Shown here piece by piece: positions 27,241-37,634 of a stretch of 64,000 nt of DNA. Origin of the DNA: an uncultured Acidobacteriota bacterium (GTDB lineage: Bacteria > Acidobacteriota > JAQAZP01); the NCBI GenBank assembly GCA_963836075.1, contig CAWIIB010000008.1:96001-160000 (forward strand). The letters run 5' to 3'. Within the stretch, counting starts at the first letter, position 1. Every line of letters begins with the position of its first letter. A program made the translations under genes and the position numbers. Under the pieces are notes generated by a model that saw nothing but the letters and a program-made list of their open reading frames with translations, had not been told where the DNA came from and searched no databases.

Positions 27241-28633
27241 TCAGAGATAGCCAAGATCGGCCAGCCGGCGGCTCACCTCTTCGTCCTCGTGGAACGCCTT
27301 GCCCGAATCGCCGCCCCCCAGGCGGGCCGCCTCTTTTTCCGCCAGCTCCAGGTGGTCCTTCACCCGCCGGCGCAGCGGCTCTGCCTGCTCCGGCCGCTGG
27401 GCAATGACGTTCACCTTCTCGGCCGGGTCGATCTCCAGGTGGTAGAGCTCCTCCCGGCCGCCCTCCTCGTCGAAGATATACTTCCAGCCCTGGTGGCGGC
27501 AGGAGACGGTGCGGTAGACCTCGGGGGCCGACCCCCGCCGCTGGCGTCCGCCGGCGTGGGTTGCCGCTGAGATGACCGCATCCCCCCGGTCCCCCCCACC
27601 GTCCATCCGTTCACGGACACTGCGGCCCTGGAAGGCGGCCGGGGCTTCCACACCCAGCAGGTCCAGCAGGGTGGGGGCGAGGTGGATCAGGCCGGTCTGG
27701 GCCTCCACCGTCCTGCTCGCACCGGCACCGGCAAGGATCAGCGGGACACGCAGCAGCTCGTCGTAGAGCTGGGGGCCGTGGGTGAAGCTGCCGTGTTCGC
27801 CGAACATCTCGCCATGGTCGGCGGTGACGGCCACCAGGGTATGTCCTTCCAGCCCCCGTTCTTTCAGGCCTTGCACCAGCCGGCCGATCATCCGGTCCAT
27901 CCGCTCCACCCGCTGTTGGTACAGCTCGCGCATCAGCCGCAGGGGGCGCCGGCGGGCGCCGATCAGCAGACCGGTGATGGCGCCGAGATACTGCAGCCGT
28001 TGACCGGGACCCGGCTTTTCCAGCGGCAGGTAGGGGTAGTGCACGTCCATGTAGTGCAGCCAGGCGAAGAAGGGGCGTTCCCGGTCCTCGTCGATCCAGT
28101 CCAGTGCCCGGCGGGTGGCCGTCTCGCCCTTGAGGAAGGGGGCGCCGCCCCGCTGGAACATGGCCTGGAAGAAGAGCAGCAGGGCCAGGCTGCGCCGGCC
28201 GACGGCGTCCTGTATCGCCTTCTTCAGCCGCTTGATCGCAGTCGGTTTGTCTGTTCTCGCCGCCGCCGGCGGCCTGCCAGAAGTCGTCGTAGCGCTCGAA
28301 GCCCCGGGCGTAGCCGCACTGCTCCGAGAGGTAGGGGTTGTCGAGGTTGAAGCCGGCGGTGCGGCGGCCCGCCGCGGCCAGGGCCTCGGCCAGGGTGGCC
28401 GCCCCCGGGGGCAGGCCGGTCTCGCCGCTGACCAGCGGGTGGAGCGAGCAGAGGATGGCCGGGAAGGCCGAGGGTGTGCGGGGCCCGTTGGAGACGGCAT
28501 CGGTGAACAGCACGCCTTCGGCGGCCAGCCGGTCGAGGCAGGGGGAGGGCCCGCCGCCGGACTGCAGGCAGCCCAGGGCGTCGTGCCGCAGGGAATCGAT
28601 GGTGACCAGCACCAGGTTCATCGGTTGCGCCAT
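27241..28633 (-). CDS. Sulfatase-like alkaline-phosphatase-superfamily protein, one frameshift near 28250
   Basis: NLVLVTIDSLRHD, WLHYMDVHYPY, TADHGE, ELYHLEIDPAE, RLADLGYL; Thr at the nucleophile position (GPRTPSAF). Confidence 0.85.
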
Positions 28634-29719
28634 CTGCCCTTCCCCGCGGCCCGTCCGGCCAGTTTGAGAATGTCCTTTTCCAGCTCCATCCTGGTCAGGG
28701 TGTAGGGCGGGCAGTGCCGGCACTCGGCCCGCAGCAGTTTGTCCCGGCGGTAGCCGAGGTTCTCCCGGCTGTAGAAAAGCCGGTGGGCCGGGGTTCTGGC
28801 CGCGTTGCCGATCCCCTTGCTGTGCGAGCAGTAGTAGAGGGTGCCGTCGAGGCCCAGCAGCACCCCGGCGAAAGCGTAGTAGCAGGAGAGGGTGCGCTCC
28901 CGGCCCTCCTCGAGCATGCGCAGGATCTCGTCGTACTTCAGTGCCGAGGGGTTGGCGGCGGAGAACTCGGCCGCCAGGCCGCGGATAAACCCGGTGAGTT
29001 TTTCCCGGTCCTCGTCGCCGAGGAACCGCTGGCGGCAGTCCTGGTTGTGAAAGCGCTCGCGCTCCTCGCCCAGCACGAAGGAGAGCGGCAGCTCCTGTTC
29101 CCGGGCCCAGCGCAGCAGCTCCGGCGCCTGCCCCAGGTTGTCGCGCAGCAGGACGCAGTTCAGCGAGCAGCTGAGCTGCCCCCGGCCGCGCCGCTGCTTG
29201 AGCATCTCCAGCGTGGCGCAGGCCTTGTCAAAGGCGTGCTCCACCCCGTAGATCTCGTCCAGGATTTTATCGGCGCCGTGGAAGGAGACCGACACGTCCA
29301 GCAGCACCCCGCGGTGCCCCAGCAGGCTGGTGATCGTCTCCAGCATGCCGGTCAATCCGCTCGGTGAGCAGGCCGTTGGTGGTGATGCTGACCCGCTTCA
29401 GCCCGGGGTTGTTGCTGACGAAGATACCGACGAGCTCCATCAGGTCGGTGCGCAGGAACGGCTCGCCGCCGCTGATCCCCACATACTGCAGTTTGGAGAA
29501 GAGCCGGTCGCTGAGCAGGCGGCGCCACTGCTCGAGGTTCAGCTCGCTGTCCGCCGCGGCCCGGTCCTCCCACAGCCCGCACATCACACACCGGGCGTTG
29601 CAGCGGTGGGTGGGGATCAGGTGCAGCATGCGGGGCAGGAAGGGCTTGCCCCGCAGCGGCTGCAGCAGGTTGTAGCGGGTCCAGGTGGCGACGAGTTCGG
29701 GCAGCAACGACAGTCTCAT
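28618..29719 (-). CDS. Radical SAM/SPASM(Twitch) protein, one frameshift near 29350
   Basis: CNARCVMC, ISGGEP, TTNG; then VSFHG, CYY...DGTLYYC, CRHCPPY. Confidence 0.85.
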
Positions 29720-31200
29720 GGTGCTCCGGCGGCGGCCGCCCCCTTTCCCCGCAGCCGGCTCAACAACCGGTGCAGCCGGGACCGGCGCCAGAGGATGGCC
29801 AGGCCGGTGGACGCCGGCAGGGCCCGGAAGTGGATGCCGAAACTGACCGAGAGCTTGTAGACCAGGTTGAACAGCCGGTTGGAGGGCAGCTTGACCAAGC
29901 GGCGGGTCAGCGGGGCCAGCCAGGGCAGCAGCACGGTGAGCGGGAAGAGCTTGTGCAGGTTCTCCTGCAGCTTTTTCTCATCGGGGTCTTCATACTTCAG
30001 CGGCGCTTCCAGACCAAAGCCGAAGGACGACTCCATGGCCTGCAGGTCCTCGTCGTCCACCATGCCCAGTTCCACCGCGTAGGTGTGGATGTCGGTGCGG
30101 GGGTAGGGCTGGAGCACGGCCACCGAGGCGAAGTGCGGCCGGCACTGGAGGTTCAGCTCCAGGGTCTCCCAGTCGGCCTCGAACGACCCGCCGGGGATGG
30201 CCAGGATGTTGGCGGTGACCAGCTTGATCCCCGCCCCGGTGATGGTGCGGGCGGCGTCGATGATCTCCTGCCGCGACATGTTGCGCTTGAGGATCTCGTT
30301 GCGCACCCGGTCGTTGCCCGCCTCCAGGCCCATGGTCATGCGGTGGCAGCCGGCCGCGCGCAGCAGCTGCACCGTCTCCCCGGTGACGTAGTTGGCCCGC
30401 ACCAGGCAGGAGAAGGGCAGGCCGATCTGCTCGCGGTATTTTTCGGCGAACTCCCGGGTCCACTCCGGGTGGAGAATGAACAGGTCGTCCATGAAGCGGA
30501 TAAAGGTGTAGCCGCCGGCCTTGACCTGCCGCAGTTCCTCCATCACGTGGTCCACGCCGCGGCGGCGGATGAATTTGCCCTTGCCGCGGTAGATCTGGCG
30601 GTAGAGGTGGTTGTAGCAGTAGGTGCACTTGTAGGGGCAGCCCCGGCTGGTGATCACGATGGCCTGGGCCAGGCTGGCGGGCATGGCCCGGCGGAAGATG
30701 TCGTGGTCGGGCAGCGGCAGCTGGTCCAGGTCCTCCAGCAGCGGGCGCACCGGGTTCTTGTGCAGTGTGCCGTTCTCCCGCACCCACCAGTTCAGCAGGC
30801 CGCTCACCGGCTCCCCGCCGGCCCGGGCGCGGGCCATCTCCAGCATGGGGTACTCCCCCTCGCCGATGCAGACCCCGTCCACCCCCTCCTGCTCGATGAT
30901 CTCGGGGAAGAAGGTGGGGTGGGGGCCGCCAAAGACCGACCAGGCGGAGGGGTGGTCCCGCTTCACCGCGCGGTTCACCTCCAGGTAGTGCCGGATGTAG
31001 GCGGTGGAGGCGCTGAAGGCGAGGATGGTGGGTGCGCCGTCGGCCAGGGTGGCGGACAGCGTGCCGGCGTCCGCCGGCACCACCCGGGTCTCGAACCCGT
31101 GCTGCCGCAGCAGGGCGGAGATGACCATCACCCCGGGGTACTGGTTGTACTCCTTCTCCAGGTTGTGCACCGGCCAGAGAATGCGCATCAATCGGGTCAT
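29716..31200 (-). CDS. Cobalamin-binding radical SAM protein (class B methyltransferase-like)
   Basis: GGPHPT, GEGE, TSRGCPYKCTYC, FMDDLF, GLEAG. Confidence 0.92.
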   Translation of the reverse strand: MTRLMRILWPVHNLEKEYNQYPGVMVISALLRQHGFETRVVPADAGTLSATLADGAPTILAFSASTAYIRHYLEVNRAVKRDHPSAWSVFGGPHPTFFPEIIEQEGVDGVCIGEGEYPMLEMARARAGGEPVSGLLNWWVRENGTLHKNPVRPLLEDLDQLPLPDHDIFRRAMPASLAQAIVITSRGCPYKCTYCYNHLYRQIYRGKGKFIRRRGVDHVMEELRQVKAGGYTFIRFMDDLFILHPEWTREFAEKYREQIGLPFSCLVRANYVTGETVQLLRAAGCHRMTMGLEAGNDRVRNEILKRNMSRQEIIDAARTITGAGIKLVTANILAIPGGSFEADWETLELNLQCRPHFASVAVLQPYPRTDIHTYAVELGMVDDEDLQAMESSFGFGLEAPLKYEDPDEKKLQENLHKLFPLTVLLPWLAPLTRRLVKLPSNRLFNLVYKLSVSFGIHFRALPASTGLAILWRRSRLHRLLSRLRGKGAAAAGAP

Positions 31201-32051
31201 CCTCGCTTTTCCAGCACCGCGGTGACCCTGGTCACCAGGCGCTCCCGGAGATACCAGTTCTGCCCGGGCCGGGGAAAGACCCAGCGGGGCACGTGCTCCC
31301 GGACCAGTGCCGGCGTGAAGGGGGAGGCATCCACCAGGGCGTTGAACCGCCTGATGGTCATTCTATTCAATTGCCGCAGCTGGGCAACCGTGCGGGCCGC
31401 TTCCACCTCCGCCAGCTTTTGCGCAGTGATCAGCCCGCCGCCGTCACCGGCCGCGGCGCGGAACCCCTCCTTCCAGACCTCCAGCAGCGGTTCGTCGGTG
31501 AAGAAACGCTGGGCCCAGGGGATGGTGACATAGGCGAAGAGATGGGCGCCCCAGGCAGAGCCGAAGGGCGGAAAGACCAGCTGCATCGTCCCGCCTGGTT
31601 CCAGCAGCCGCCAGCATTCCAGCATGGCCTCCGCCGGCCGCTCCAGGTGCTCGAAGGCGTCGTTGAGCAGCGCCAGCTGGAACCGGCCGTCCTCCAGACC
31701 ATCCAGCCGGCCGGCATCCCGCACCAGGAAGGTGGTGTTGTAGGCTTTCCTGTCCTCGGCGAACTCCGCGGCCCGCTCCACCCGCTCGGGGTCCTGGTCC
31801 ACCGCCACCACCTCTCTCGCCCCGTTGAGGGCATACCAGACTGATTTTCCGCCCAGGCCGCAGCCCAGGTCGAGAACCCGTTTTTTGCGAATGTCGTGGT
31901 GTGGAGCGAACTGCTGCAGTGACTCGCCGGCCGTTTCGAACTCCCAGCGGGCGTAGGCCAGGTGGTCCCTCCGCGCGCCCAGGGACGGGGCGCCGGCCCG
32001 GGGGAAGCAGCGGTTGAGCAGGCGGCAGATGGCGGCGCTCCGGATCTTCAT
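31197..32051 (-). CDS. Class I SAM-dependent methyltransferase
   Basis: VLDLGCGLGG, AVD, DAFEH, LEPGG. Confidence 0.9.
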   Translation of the reverse strand: MKIRSAAICRLLNRCFPRAGAPSLGARRDHLAYARWEFETAGESLQQFAPHHDIRKKRVLDLGCGLGGKSVWYALNGAREVVAVDQDPERVERAAEFAEDRKAYNTTFLVRDAGRLDGLEDGRFQLALLNDAFEHLERPAEAMLECWRLLEPGGTMQLVFPPFGSAWGAHLFAYVTIPWAQRFFTDEPLLEVWKEGFRAAAGDGGGLITAQKLAEVEAARTVAQLRQLNRMTIRRFNALVDASPFTPALVREHVPRWVFPRPGQNWYLRERLVTRVTAVLEKRG

Positions 32052-33226
32052 TTAACCAGATCCTCGTACACGGCACTGAGCCGGGTGAAGTGCGCCTCGG
32101 GTGAGTAGTCCCGCTGGAACACGGCCAGCGCCCCCGCGCCCAGCCGCCGGGCCAGTTCCCGGTCCCCCAGCAGCCGGATGGCCTGTTCGGCCAACCGCTC
32201 ATGGTCGCCCCGGGGGAAGAGCAGCCCGGTATCCCCCTCGCGGACGATCTCGGGCAGCCCCCCCAGGTCGCTGCCCAGCAGCGGCGTGCCACAGGAGAGC
32301 GCTTCCAGCGCGGTCACCGGACAGTTCTCCATCCAGACACTGGGCAGCACACAGGCCGCGGCCTGCCGGAAATACTCGCCCAGCAGTTGGTTCTCCACCT
32401 GGCCGGTGAAGTTGACGGCCTCATCCAGACCCAGCTGGCCGGCCAGGGCTCCGAGCAGCGGGCGGGCCGGGCCCTCACCCACCACGGTGAGCGCGGTTCC
32501 GGGGAGCGCCTCCCGGATCAGCGGCAGGGCCTTCAACAGCACGTCCACACCCTTTTCCCGGCTCAGCCGGCCCACATAGAGCAGCCCGCTGCGCTGCACC
32601 TCCGTCCCAGCCCCACCGCCGGGGGGGTGGACGAAGTTGGGCACGGTGGTCACCCGGTCCGTCCCCAGGCTGGAGGTCATCCACCAGCCCAGGGCCTTGG
32701 AGGGGGTGATGAAGCGATCCACCCAGGAGCGGAGCAGCCTGCGGTGCAGTGCGGTTTTGAGCCAGCGCAGGCCGTTGTAGGGCAACCAGGCCAGGCCCTC
32801 GCGGCTGCCGGGGCAACCCTGCACCAGGCAGCCCGACCCGAAGCCCACCGTGCAGGGCAGGCCGTCGGCGCCGATCATCCACTTCCTCGGGCAGACGTAG
32901 TTGAAGTCGTGGACCGTCATCACCACCGGGATGTCCTGCTCCCGGGCCGCCCGCAGGGGGAGCGGGGAGAGCCGCAGGGAGAGGCTGTGGGCGTGGAGCA
33001 GGTCGGGCTGGAAACGCCGCACCGCCTGGCGCACCTCGGCCAGGTAGCGCCAGCCGGCCCAGCGGGTGGCGTGGCTGCGCAGGTCGCCGCCCGGGCCCGG
33101 GGGGCTGTAGACTTCCACCTCCCAGCCCTTGCCGGCCAGCAGGTCCGAGACATGGCTGATGTAGCTGCGGATGCCGCCGGTGTATTCGTAACTGTCGGTG
33201 ATCTGCAAGAGACGTCGCATGGTCAT
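32048..33226 (-). CDS. GT4-family glycosyltransferase
   Basis: TVHDF..CP, YVGRLSREKG, PSVWMENCP...LEA (Ex7E), GGLPE. Confidence 0.92.
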   Translation of the reverse strand: MTMRRLLQITDSYEYTGGIRSYISHVSDLLAGKGWEVEVYSPPGPGGDLRSHATRWAGWRYLAEVRQAVRRFQPDLLHAHSLSLRLSPLPLRAAREQDIPVVMTVHDFNYVCPRKWMIGADGLPCTVGFGSGCLVQGCPGSREGLAWLPYNGLRWLKTALHRRLLRSWVDRFITPSKALGWWMTSSLGTDRVTTVPNFVHPPGGGAGTEVQRSGLLYVGRLSREKGVDVLLKALPLIREALPGTALTVVGEGPARPLLGALAGQLGLDEAVNFTGQVENQLLGEYFRQAAACVLPSVWMENCPVTALEALSCGTPLLGSDLGGLPEIVREGDTGLLFPRGDHERLAEQAIRLLGDRELARRLGAGALAVFQRDYSPEAHFTRLSAVYEDLVK

Positions 33227-33235
33227 TCGTGGCCT

Positions 33236-33799
33236 TCAGCCGCGGCGCTGCCGGTAGAGGGCCGGTTCGATGATCCCGGCCATCCGTTCCAGGTCCAGGG
33301 GCAGGCCCAGGTGGCCGGCCACCCGGCGGGCCGTCTCGGCGGGCTGCTGCACCACCTGGCGAAACTGGCAGTGCAGTGCGTCCAGCGCCGGTTGCCGGGC
33401 AAGAAAGCGCTGCACCTTCTCCAGGTGCGTGGTGAACAGTTCCCTCATCCGCTGGTCCGGCGGCTGGTCCCGGTCCTGGCCCAGGTTGCGGAGCATCACC
33501 GCCTGGGAGGCCAGCACCTCGTCCAGGTCCCGCTGCATGAAGATGATCTTGAACTCCCGTCCCGGCGGCAGGTGGAAGAGCAGCATGGAGACCATCTTGA
33601 ACACCCGGCCCTCGGCCTCGTCCAGCCAGGAGGAATCGTCCCGGATGGTCTTGACCCGCTCCAGCTCGTAGTAGCCGCGGGGGTTGTCCGCGTCGGCTTC
33701 CCGCACCCCGTCGGTGAGCGGTTCCAGACCGCCCGCTTCCAGGAAGCGCATCATCATCGAGGTGCCGGTTCGCGGCAGCCCGGAGACAATGGTGATCAT
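33236..33799 (-). CDS. Sulfotransferase-family protein
   Basis: MITIVSGLPRTGTSMMM PAPS loop, NPRGYYE, MQRD..EVLASQ; RBS ggagagg. Confidence 0.85.
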   Translation of the reverse strand: MITIVSGLPRTGTSMMMRFLEAGGLEPLTDGVREADADNPRGYYELERVKTIRDDSSWLDEAEGRVFKMVSMLLFHLPPGREFKIIFMQRDLDEVLASQAVMLRNLGQDRDQPPDQRMRELFTTHLEKVQRFLARQPALDALHCQFRQVVQQPAETARRVAGHLGLPLDLERMAGIIEPALYRQRRG

Positions 33800-33923
33800 C
33801 GGTGCCTCTCCTGCGGCGGAACTGTTGATCGTGGGGCGGCGAGGTGTAAAAATGAATGATACAGGCTCGATCACGAGAATTGCAAAAGGGACGGCAAGGA
33901 TGCCGGAAGCCGGAGGGAGAAGG

Positions 33924-34325
33924 ATGACCGACAGTTGCGAGTACGGATACACCAGGTCGCTGGGGGATACCGATTTTGACGGTGCCCTGGAAAAGGTGAC
34001 CGCGGCCCTGAAAGAGGAAGGGTTCGGCGTGCTCACCGAGATCGACGTGAAGAAGACGCTGAAGGCCAAGATCGACGTGGACTTCCGCCGCTACATGATC
34101 CTCGGCGCCTGCAACCCGGTGCTGGCCCACAAGGCCCTGAGCCGCGAACTGCAGCTGGGCCTGCTGCTGCCCTGCAACGTGATCGTCTACGAGGACGACC
34201 AGGGCCAGGTGGCGGTGTCGCTGATCAAGCCGGCGGAGATGTTCAAGGTGGTGAACAACCCCGATATGGAAGCCATCGCCGGCGAGGTGGACGCCAAACT
34301 GCGGCGGGTCTATGACGCGCTCTAA
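33924..34325 (+). CDS. DUF302-domain protein
   Basis: GFGVLTEIDV, YMILGACNP, GLLLPCNVIVY. Confidence 0.9.
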   Translation: MTDSCEYGYTRSLGDTDFDGALEKVTAALKEEGFGVLTEIDVKKTLKAKIDVDFRRYMILGACNPVLAHKALSRELQLGLLLPCNVIVYEDDQGQVAVSLIKPAEMFKVVNNPDMEAIAGEVDAKLRRVYDAL

Positions 34326-35417
34326 ATATCGATCACCGGGCGGTCGGTCCCCTTGCCCATACCGGGGAGATGGCGGAAGAGCTTGAAGTAGAAAATCGAC
34401 CCGAACTGGCGGCCCAGGGATCTGGCCAGCGAGGTGTCCCCCAGGCATTTGCGGCAGCGGGGGTGGCGGATGCGGAAGCTGCGGAAGTCGTGGATCGCCT
34501 GCCGGACCTCGGGCTGGCGGAAGGCCTCGCGGATGGTGGTCTGCTCCATGTTGCCAAAGACGGTCTCGCCGTCGTAGTCGACGCAGCAGTAGACCAGGTC
34601 GCCGTTCCAGAGGATGCCGAACTGCTCGGTGAGGCCCTCGCAGCAGCCCCAGTGGGCCGCCTTCAGTTTTGATTCGTCCAGGCCTTCCCGCACCCAGTCC
34701 CCCAGCGGCCGCGACTCCAGCACCAGGTTGCGGGTGATCCGCACCTGGTTGCGGGCCAGCAGGCGCAGTTTGTCCAGCCGCTGCTTCAGCTGGTCCCGCC
34801 TGGCCTTGAACTGCGCCCGCACCTCGTCCCGGGAACAGGCGTCCACGGCGCCCCCCAGCCACTCCAGGGCCATGCGCACCAGTTCGGCCCTGGTGTCGAT
34901 GATGCTCATCTCCCGCGAGGGGAGGAGGACGCGCTTGAACGGCGTGACCAGCAGGGAGAGGACAACTTCGCTGTGGTGCTCCAGCTCCAGGGCCAGGCCC
35001 AGGGCCGAGGTCACCCGTTCCCGGGTACTGTTCAAATCCGACTTTGGCCTGGCGCAGCTTGAAGGAGGTGGCGTCGGGCGTCTGCACCGAGACGATGATT
35101 GTGTGGGTCTCCGCCTCCAGCAGCGAGCGCATCATCTCTTTTGTGAGCAGCCAGCCGTTGGTGGTCAGGTGGACCTCCAGGCCCAGCTGGCCGGCCAGCT
35201 GCACCGCCTCCAGCAGGTGGGGGTAGAGCAGCGGCTCGCCCATCAGGTGAAAGCAGACCACCCGGGTCAGCTCCTCGGCGGCGATCTCCTCCAGCGTCCG
35301 GCGCATCAGGTCGCGGTCCATGCTGCCCCGCGGGCGGGTGATCAGCCGGTCGGGGCAGAACTCGCAACAGAAGTTGCACTGGTTGGTGAGTTCCAGGTGT
35401 ACCCGGTCGAAGGCCAT
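34322..35417 (-). CDS. Radical SAM/SPASM(Twitch) protein, one frameshift near 35025
   Basis: ELTNQCNFCCEFC, HLMGEP, TTNG; then C...ILWNGDLVYCCVD...GN...CRKC. Confidence 0.85.
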
Positions 35418-35420
35418 GGT

Positions 35421-36602
35421 TTACCCGTCGGTGGAGGAGAGCATCTCCTCGTACAGTTCGCGGTGTTTGCGGCTGACGCTGGCGATGGAAAACTCCTGCC
35501 GCACCTTTTCCACGGCTTGTTGCCCCAGAGTCTCACACATGGCCGGGTCGCCCAACAGCTGCAGTACGGCCCCGGCAAAGGCCTCCGGGTCTTCCTGGGG
35601 CACCAGCAGCCCGTCCCGCTGGTGGTCGATGATGTCGGTGGAGACCCCCTCGATGGTGCAGACCACGCAGGGCAGGCCACAGGCCATGGCCTCGATCAGC
35701 GCGATCCCGAAGGTCTCGAAGCGGGACGAAAAGACAAAGATGTCGGCCAGCTGCAGGTAGCGCTGCACGTCATCCGTCCGGCCCATCAGCCGCACCGCAT
35801 TCTCCAGGCCCAGTTCGGCGATGCGCTCCTTGACCTCATCGGCATATCCCGCCTCCTCCGGCCGCTCCAGCGCGTCCAGCGGTCCCAGCACCAGCAGCAG
35901 CGCCTCGGGGCACGAGGCGCTGACCCGGCTCCAGGCCTCCACCAGCAGGTCCACACCCTTGCGCGGCACCACGGCCCCGGTGAACACCGCGATCTTCGCC
36001 GCCGGGTCGAGGCCCAGTTCCCGGCGCAAGGCGGCTTTCCCGGCGGCGGCCACCGGGAGAAAGCGTTGCTCCACGTCGATGCCGCAGGGGATGCGGCGCA
36101 GCTTGTCCAGCGGCAGCCCGGTGCGGGCATAGGACGCGGCGACGAAGCTGGTGGTGTGGACAAAGCGGTCGATCCCGGCAAGGATGCGCAGCTGCAGCGA
36201 GCCCAGCCGGCGTGCCGCGATCGATTCCGGCATGTCGCCCTCGGGGTCGTGAAAGGTGAGCGCCGTCTTGCGGCCCAGCAGCCGGATCAGCGGCACCACC
36301 CCGAACACCGGCAGGTAGGCGCCGTGCAGGTGGAGTACCTGGTATTCCCGGCGGCGGCGCCAGAGCAGCCAGGCCAGCTGCAGCATCAGCGCCGGGTGCC
36401 TCAGCCAGCCCCGGCGCAGCGGCGTGATCCGCTCGATGTGCATCCCCTCCATCATCTCCTCCCGGGGCCAGTCCCCGAGATTGAGGGCGATGATGCGCAC
36501 CTCCACGCCCTGCTCCGGCAGCAGCCGGCCAAAGTCGTAGGTCAGTTGCCCGGCGCCCGAGAACCTGGGCGGGAAATAGGGCACCACCATGCAGACCTTC
36601 AT
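35421..36602 (-). CDS. GT4-family glycosyltransferase
   Basis: RKGVDLL, SRFETFGIALIEAMACG (Ex7E). Confidence 0.92.
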   Translation of the reverse strand: MKVCMVVPYFPPRFSGAGQLTYDFGRLLPEQGVEVRIIALNLGDWPREEMMEGMHIERITPLRRGWLRHPALMLQLAWLLWRRRREYQVLHLHGAYLPVFGVVPLIRLLGRKTALTFHDPEGDMPESIAARRLGSLQLRILAGIDRFVHTTSFVAASYARTGLPLDKLRRIPCGIDVEQRFLPVAAAGKAALRRELGLDPAAKIAVFTGAVVPRKGVDLLVEAWSRVSASCPEALLLVLGPLDALERPEEAGYADEVKERIAELGLENAVRLMGRTDDVQRYLQLADIFVFSSRFETFGIALIEAMACGLPCVVCTIEGVSTDIIDHQRDGLLVPQEDPEAFAGAVLQLLGDPAMCETLGQQAVEKVRQEFSIASVSRKHRELYEEMLSSTDG

Positions 36603-36673
36603 CGCTCAGGGCCTCCGTGGACCGGGACGTGGCGTTTTTTCGGGCGGACGGTCATGGGTGCAGCGACGGTTTC

Positions 36674-37570
36674 TCAATCGTCCAGCCAGTGGGAGAGGTC
36701 CCGGCCAATCAGCTCCTGGAGCTGCAGGACGTCCTCCCGGTAGATGTCGGCGAGTTTCTGTCTCGTCTCGAGCTTCATCGGAACCCGTTTCAGGTTGTAC
36801 TTGCGCATGGTGTGGAACAGCCGGTCCGCCCGGTTGCGGCCCATCAGCGGCCGCATCAGCCGCTGCACCGGTGCACCCCTGGTCCCCATATCGCGGAAGA
36901 ACAGCTTCTGCAGCAGCCGGCTCCGCGGGATGCCCGACGGGTTGTAGGTCGTCTCGTAGTCCGGCTTGAACCCGCCGTCCACACCGATGAACTGGAAGAT
37001 CTCCCGCAGGGTTTCCGGCGGCCGTTCCTTGAGGTCCTCCAGCAGGTAGACTTTGGTCCGGGGGAAGTTCTCCAGGTAGTGCTTCACGCTCTGGTAATAG
37101 AACCCCAGGGAGAGGTAGTGGCCCATGAACATCACCTTCTGCTCGATGCGGCTCTGCTCTTCCTCCAGGGCCTGCTCGAAACTCAGCGGCTCGGCGTAGC
37201 TGGCGCTGGTCATGGTCCAGCCGGAATAGGCCCGGTCGATGGGGTTGCGCAGCAGGATAATGATCTGGATGTCGCCCAGCAGCGCCTTGATTTTGGGCAC
37301 CGCTTCCTCGTGGTAGTAAAGGTTGCTGGTGGTCACCTCGCCCCAGGCCCTGGTCCGCTCGGTGGTGAGGGTGCGGAACAGTTCCCGGTATCCCTCCTCG
37401 TCGTAGAAGGTGACTTCGGGCCAGGTCCCGGCCATGCTCTCGCGGTTGAAGATGTAGGTTTCCTTGCAGGGCGGGACGCAGATTTCAGGGTGCTGCTCCA
37501 TGAAATAGTGCAGCGAGGTGGTGCCGCTCTTGGCCGCGCCCACCACCAGGAATGTGGGGAGTCTGCTCAT
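36674..37570 (-). CDS. Sulfotransferase (heparan-sulfate O/N-sulfotransferase-like)
   Basis: GAAKSGTTSL 5'-PSB, KE..F, RNPIDRAYS 3'-PB. Confidence 0.92.
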   Translation of the reverse strand: MSRLPTFLVVGAAKSGTTSLHYFMEQHPEICVPPCKETYIFNRESMAGTWPEVTFYDEEGYRELFRTLTTERTRAWGEVTTSNLYYHEEAVPKIKALLGDIQIIILLRNPIDRAYSGWTMTSASYAEPLSFEQALEEEQSRIEQKVMFMGHYLSLGFYYQSVKHYLENFPRTKVYLLEDLKERPPETLREIFQFIGVDGGFKPDYETTYNPSGIPRSRLLQKLFFRDMGTRGAPVQRLMRPLMGRNRADRLFHTMRKYNLKRVPMKLETRQKLADIYREDVLQLQELIGRDLSHWLDD

Positions 37571-37582
37571 TGGCGCACATAT

Positions 37583-37609
37583 AAAAAAGGCCGGTGGCGC
37601 TGCACCGGC
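37583..37609 (-). terminator. Intrinsic-terminator-like hairpin just upstream of the glycan operon
   Basis: GCCGGTG-N6-CACCGGC (37590-37609), then a C and T6 on the minus strand. Confidence 0.65.
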
Positions 37610-37634
37610 GGCCCGGAAACAGTTTCGAGCTTTA

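Noticed and set aside
32475-35417. 980-aa ORF starting with a radical SAM motif
   Set aside because: Chimera created by the insertion near 35025. After about 130 aa it reads off-frame through other genes and the antisense of DUF302.
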